From Paraphysomonas bandaiensis (lineage: Eukaryota; Protista; Chrysophyceae), in the NCBI GenBank assembly GCA_965644295.1, contig CBFFRP010000297.1, positions 62,001 to 126,000 on the forward strand: DNA of 64,000 nt, written 5' to 3'. Made by a program: the position numbers and the translations under genes. Every line of letters starts with the position of its first letter. The stretch's first letter is position 1. Under the pieces are notes generated by a model, which was not told the DNA's origin, searched no databases, and saw only the letters and a program-made list of their open reading frames with translations. Positions 59,436-64,000 of this stretch are shown here, piece after piece.

Positions 59436-60297
59436 GTCCGCAAACAATAAATGTGGATAAAAATCTGTGTTGTGAGTTTGTTAATGCTGTTTAATCACTT
59501 GCATTGGCGGCAAAAGTGTATGAAGCAGTTGCAAACATCCCCATTTTTTGCTTGCTGGTCAATGCAACACCCACCACCCTCTATATCCTATAGGGGTATA
59601 CGTATATCGTATCCTTGTGAGGATATCTTAAAAATTGGCGACGTAGGCATGCATCAGACTACAGCAGACTACGAACTGTATTTACAATCTTATATGGTTG
59701 TTGTAAAAATTGAGTGTTGAGTAATTAGCATGTTTGATAAGGAACTTTTCAATATAGATATTTGTTGATTGGCACTGGAGTTTTAATTGTATTACCTTGA
59801 TTATCGAGCGGTAAGGTATTGTAATTAGGTAGACAAATTAACATAGACTTTCCACCATACAATTCATCGATATGAGCTGCAATGTAAAAATTGTTTTTCT
59901 GGGGGGTAAAATTGTCAAAAACATACCCATACACTATTTTTTTGGTGACATTTTTTCCTCTGGCATGAGATATTTTTGGTATTTTAGTACACACAGCGTT
60001 CTTCATACTGTACAGTCGTGTACTTGTATTCCACTGAAAATGAAGAGTACAGTGGTGCCATACAGTCATCATACAGCAGTACTTATATGTATAATGACAC
60101 CAGCCTGTCCTCTGGTGATCTTCTATTGTTAAGTTATCAAATAGATGAGCAAATTACAGTGGTTTTAATTATATTAATGCCGTTAATATCATATCGAAGC
60201 CTCTTCTAGTATCACTATCGCAAGGATATTGATTACGGCAGGCTAGTAACATACATATCGTGCAGCTCCTGCCACTACACTATACTATTGAACAGCA

Positions 60298-63200
60298 ATG
60301 ATGGCTATTGATTATGAAGCATTTGCCTGCTTCATTATTGAACTATCTATATGTAGTATTGTAATCATGCAACGGTACATAATGATTTATACGCTTTTTT
60401 ACACTAACAATGCTCTCAGTCACACGAGAAATGTGGATTTTATTGTCAGTGCGTTGCTCTCTGGCATGTTTTTCTCTTGTCACTTATTCCCCTATTTTGG
60501 TAGTAATATTATGTTGGTTTAATTATATTGGTTATGTTGTTTTAATTTAATAGATCCTCACATGAAAGGATTCGTTGCACTGGCCACCCTTGTTGTCTTT
60601 ATTGGAGCAATGGTTGGTGGTGTGGTGGGTATTCTACTGCCTAAAATCGCGTCGGGAATCTGTACTGGGGTTTTTGTAGCGCTCATCTTCTCTTCGGTAA
60701 CACTTTTGCGTTCGTGTTTTCATTATGTAGCGTAATATGCCGCAGTTCTTGTACTCCGCCAATGAGACCGCCCTGGTTTTGCCGATGATATCTACAATTT
60801 TCGTAATAGCGATATCATTAGGCATTATGCTAGCTCAGAAATATGAGGTACCAAAAATACTACAGTAAAATAAAATTGCTGACGAGAAACTTTTCCGCAG
60901 AAGCTTTGTTCCTCTATCAAGACTTCGTTTGCCGCATCCCTTTTGCTGGTGCTGGCTGGAGATACTGCTTGTGGTCAGTTCGGTGTTTCACTTGGCCTAT
61001 CTGAAGTTTTGCGACTTCACCCTTTCCGCCATCACCCTCCCCCGAGTCCTCCGGATAACGAGTTGTCCTATCGAAATTGGATTCTCTTTGCCTGGTTGCT
61101 ATTGGCGTTGCTTATATTTCTCCTCGACTCATACTTGTCTGGTGAAATGACCCGCTGGAGTCTTTATTTCTCTGCGCGAGGGTACTCGCGGGTTCCCATT
61201 GACGATTCATCTGGCGACCTCAAGCCAGCGTCCCGCCGGCCTGCTCCACAGAGAACATTTTCTTACCCTGACTCATTGGAGTTCAACTACTTTGACCCGG
61301 ATAATTTGCCGCGGGCTGTTCAAGGGTATGCGGACTATATTTTCAGTTCCGTTCAAGCACTGAGCGCAGAGATAGGATTTCAGGTGCACCAGCGTAGTGT
61401 TATATATTATAAACGTATCCGTAATGTTCGACTTGTGAACTATTTAGTACGCAGATATCTGTGCTAGAATAAGTTGTTGTGAGTTGCTCATGCTTTTCCA
61501 ATCTTTAGGTGGACAACTCCCGTAACCAGGCAGAACACCTGCTAATGCTTCTAACCAATGAATGCCGCCGAGGAGAACAGGTAACTCCTTCCGTCCCTCC
61601 TACAAGACTTCACGACAAGATGTTTTGCAACTACCGCAAATGGTGTAAAGCTCTGGGCACCACTCCTAGCTTTACTCCAGCAGAGGCAGGGCGAGCACAT
61701 ATGGCACGTATTGAAGACATGCTGGTATTTCTGCTTGTTTGGGGAGAAGCTGCCAACCTACGTCACATGCCAGAGTGCCTCTGCTATTTGTATCACCGTA
61801 CAATGAAGGACCACCTTTCGCTAATTGCAAGAAGACAGTACGCCTCGAATAATATCAATTTCTACCCAGGATACTTCCTTGACATGGTTGTGACGCCGAT
61901 ATACGACGTTGTGTCGACATCTATGAAAGGTATATCATTGGCATTTTATTGATGTGGGTGTAGAAATATGGCCATGTATGTTACCAAATATCATTGTCAT
62001 ATTGTGTATTCACAGTAAGTGGAGATCATATCATCCGCAAGACGTACGACGACTTCAATGAGTTCTTCTGGTCACCTGTTTGTCTCAAGTACGCCCATCA
62101 TCACTCTGATGATCTCGGAGACGTCGATGGTTCTCACACCACCGACACTGAGGTTACCATATCGGAAGCCCTTCAGGTGGTGAATTATAATCGTGTGCTG
62201 TTATACATGGTGTAGTAATGTGATTATATTATGACTATATAGAATGCAAGTAAAACCTACCTTGAAAAGCGTTCGTGGCTGCACCCCCTGCAGTCTTTTC
62301 ACCGGATAATGGAGTGGCACGTGATCGCATTCACAATCCTTGCTACGATAGCTTTTTCTAACGCCTTAGTGTGGCGGGTGTCGTATACCTTGCTCGTGGG
62401 TTCATTTATTTTCTGGGAGATTAATTTCATGGGCATATTATCAACATGCCTCGAGGTTTGGACCATATTTCCTTCAAGCTCTCTCTCAGGGCCCGCTATA
62501 TATGGCTACCTTTTGCGCCTGTTGGCTGGTTATGTTGTACTTCTATACCAGTCCATATATTTTCACTGGGCTTTCCGTCATGACGATGCAGGAGAGAACT
62601 CAATGCGATCACTTGGAGACGCCAATTTCTGGTGGTGGCAGTACTTGTGGATCTCTTTTTTTGCACTCCTCCTCTATTTTGCAGAAACTATAATATGCTG
62701 TGCTCCTGCAATATACTCCTATGTCATGGTGTGGAACAATGATTTTGTCCAGGCTCTCTTGAACATATTATATCCCTTTTCTCAGCTCTATGTTGGTAAA
62801 GCTATTCATACAAAGCAGCTGGAAAGTCTCACCTATATCTGTTTCTGGCTGACTTTAATTGCATTCAAGCTCTGGTTTGGCTATTACTATATTGTGTTTC
62901 CTATTACTGTTCCGTCCATTGAACTATACGATGATTACATGAATTACCCTGAGGTTCCATTTGTGAAGACTGCTGTGCTCATGGCGATATGGTGGTTTCC
63001 TCATTTTATGGTTTTTCTGATAGACTTGTCCATATGGTTTTCTGTATGGTCTGCAACTGTTGGGGGGCTACAAGCCTTGCTCGATCGTCAAGGTGCTGTG
63101 AGAAACGCCCATAACATGCGGTCGCACTTTATGAAACTTCCTTTTGCCTTTGCGGAGAAGTTAATGCCAGCGGATACCTCATCTCAGTTTGCTCGTGCAG

Positions 63201-64000
63201 TAAGTCGTATGAGCACCGCTGCGTTACCCACTAAGGGTCAACTAGAGTCTATTACTCCAGCACAGTCATCATCCACCCAACCATCTCGAGCACGATCCAC
63301 CAATGAGTTACATTCATATCAGTATAGCTCTATTCCGGACAATGAGTTTGACTCCGTTGAGGTGGCTCCGCAGATGCTGAACTATTCGAGGCCCCATCAG
63401 CAAATAGTTGAGGAATTTCTGGACTCACGAAGCAAAAAGTGGGTAAACTTCGCATGTGTATGGAATGAGATAATTATGAAATTGAGAGAGGGTGATCTGC
63501 TTTCTAACAGCGAGCGTGAAATTCTTATTTTTACTCATTTTGATTGGCTCTCTAAACCAGTGTACCTACCGCTGTATCAGACCGCTGGACGTGTGGAAAC
63601 AGCTATATATGAATACAAGAATGCAGCAGCAAGTTATCATCACAAAGACAGCGACCCAGCCAAAAAGATTCTGATTGCACAAAACCTGAAACGGTCTCTA
63701 GATGTTCCCACAGCAGAGGCAGTGACGGAGGTTTGGGAGCTCATGCGATGGGTGCTGCTTGCGCTTATGGGGCCCGCGCATAATGAGGATATGCAGCAGG
63801 TATTTTCTGAGATACATCACTGGGCAGTTACGGATGATGTCTATAAGCACATGTCGCTAAATAAGCTTCCTGCAATTGTCGATCATTTATACAATATAGC
63901 AAATTCTCTCAAGGGTGTCCTGACGAAACGTAGCAAGAGCCCGGTTATATCTGGCGAGGTTGCCAAGCAAAGTTCCGAAGCTAAGCAAACTCAAGAATCA
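60298..64000 (+). CDS. 1,3-beta-glucan (callose/FKS1, GT48) synthase, 5' part, with extra N-terminal multi-TM segment; runs off window
   Basis: GFQ/VDNSRNQAEHL, NYRKWC, LLVWGEAANLRHMPECLCYLYH, FLDMVVTPIY, YDDFNEFFWS, KTYLEKRSWLH, YICFWLTLIAFK, FACVWNEIIMKLREGDLLSN. The start is approximate. Confidence 0.9.

Overview
Gene-dense, intron-rich eukaryotic DNA with mostly ~50-nt GT-AG introns. It is probably from a flagellated stramenopile protist, inferred from WDR60, an FKS1-type beta-1,3-glucan synthase and a bacterial/plant-type AsnRS. About 18 host genes lie in almost perfectly alternating orientation: GST-fused AsnRS, nicotinamidase-like hydrolase, TKL kinase, WDR60, RPL28, C1D, an atypical Hsp70, an FHA protein, an inverted pair of sulfotransferase-like genes, BCCIP, ARMT1/DUF89, a coactosin-like protein, glucan synthase and several unknowns. 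The most notable structures are: (1) four tandem copies of a box C/D snoRNA-like unit in an AsnRS intron, with a guide predicted to target the SSU rRNA C1402-equivalent (U43/snR70 site) and compensatory C/D box changes; (2) an intact young Copia element with TA..CA termini nested in the LTR of a second Copia, whose PBS has been replaced by a 1.47-kb copy of its own downstream flank; (3) a gene-converted palindromic sulfotransferase pair with a hAT insertion in one arm; (4) strand-polarised (CATA)n tracts upstream of divergent genes. Exon boundaries and family calls were read by eye, with no database searches.
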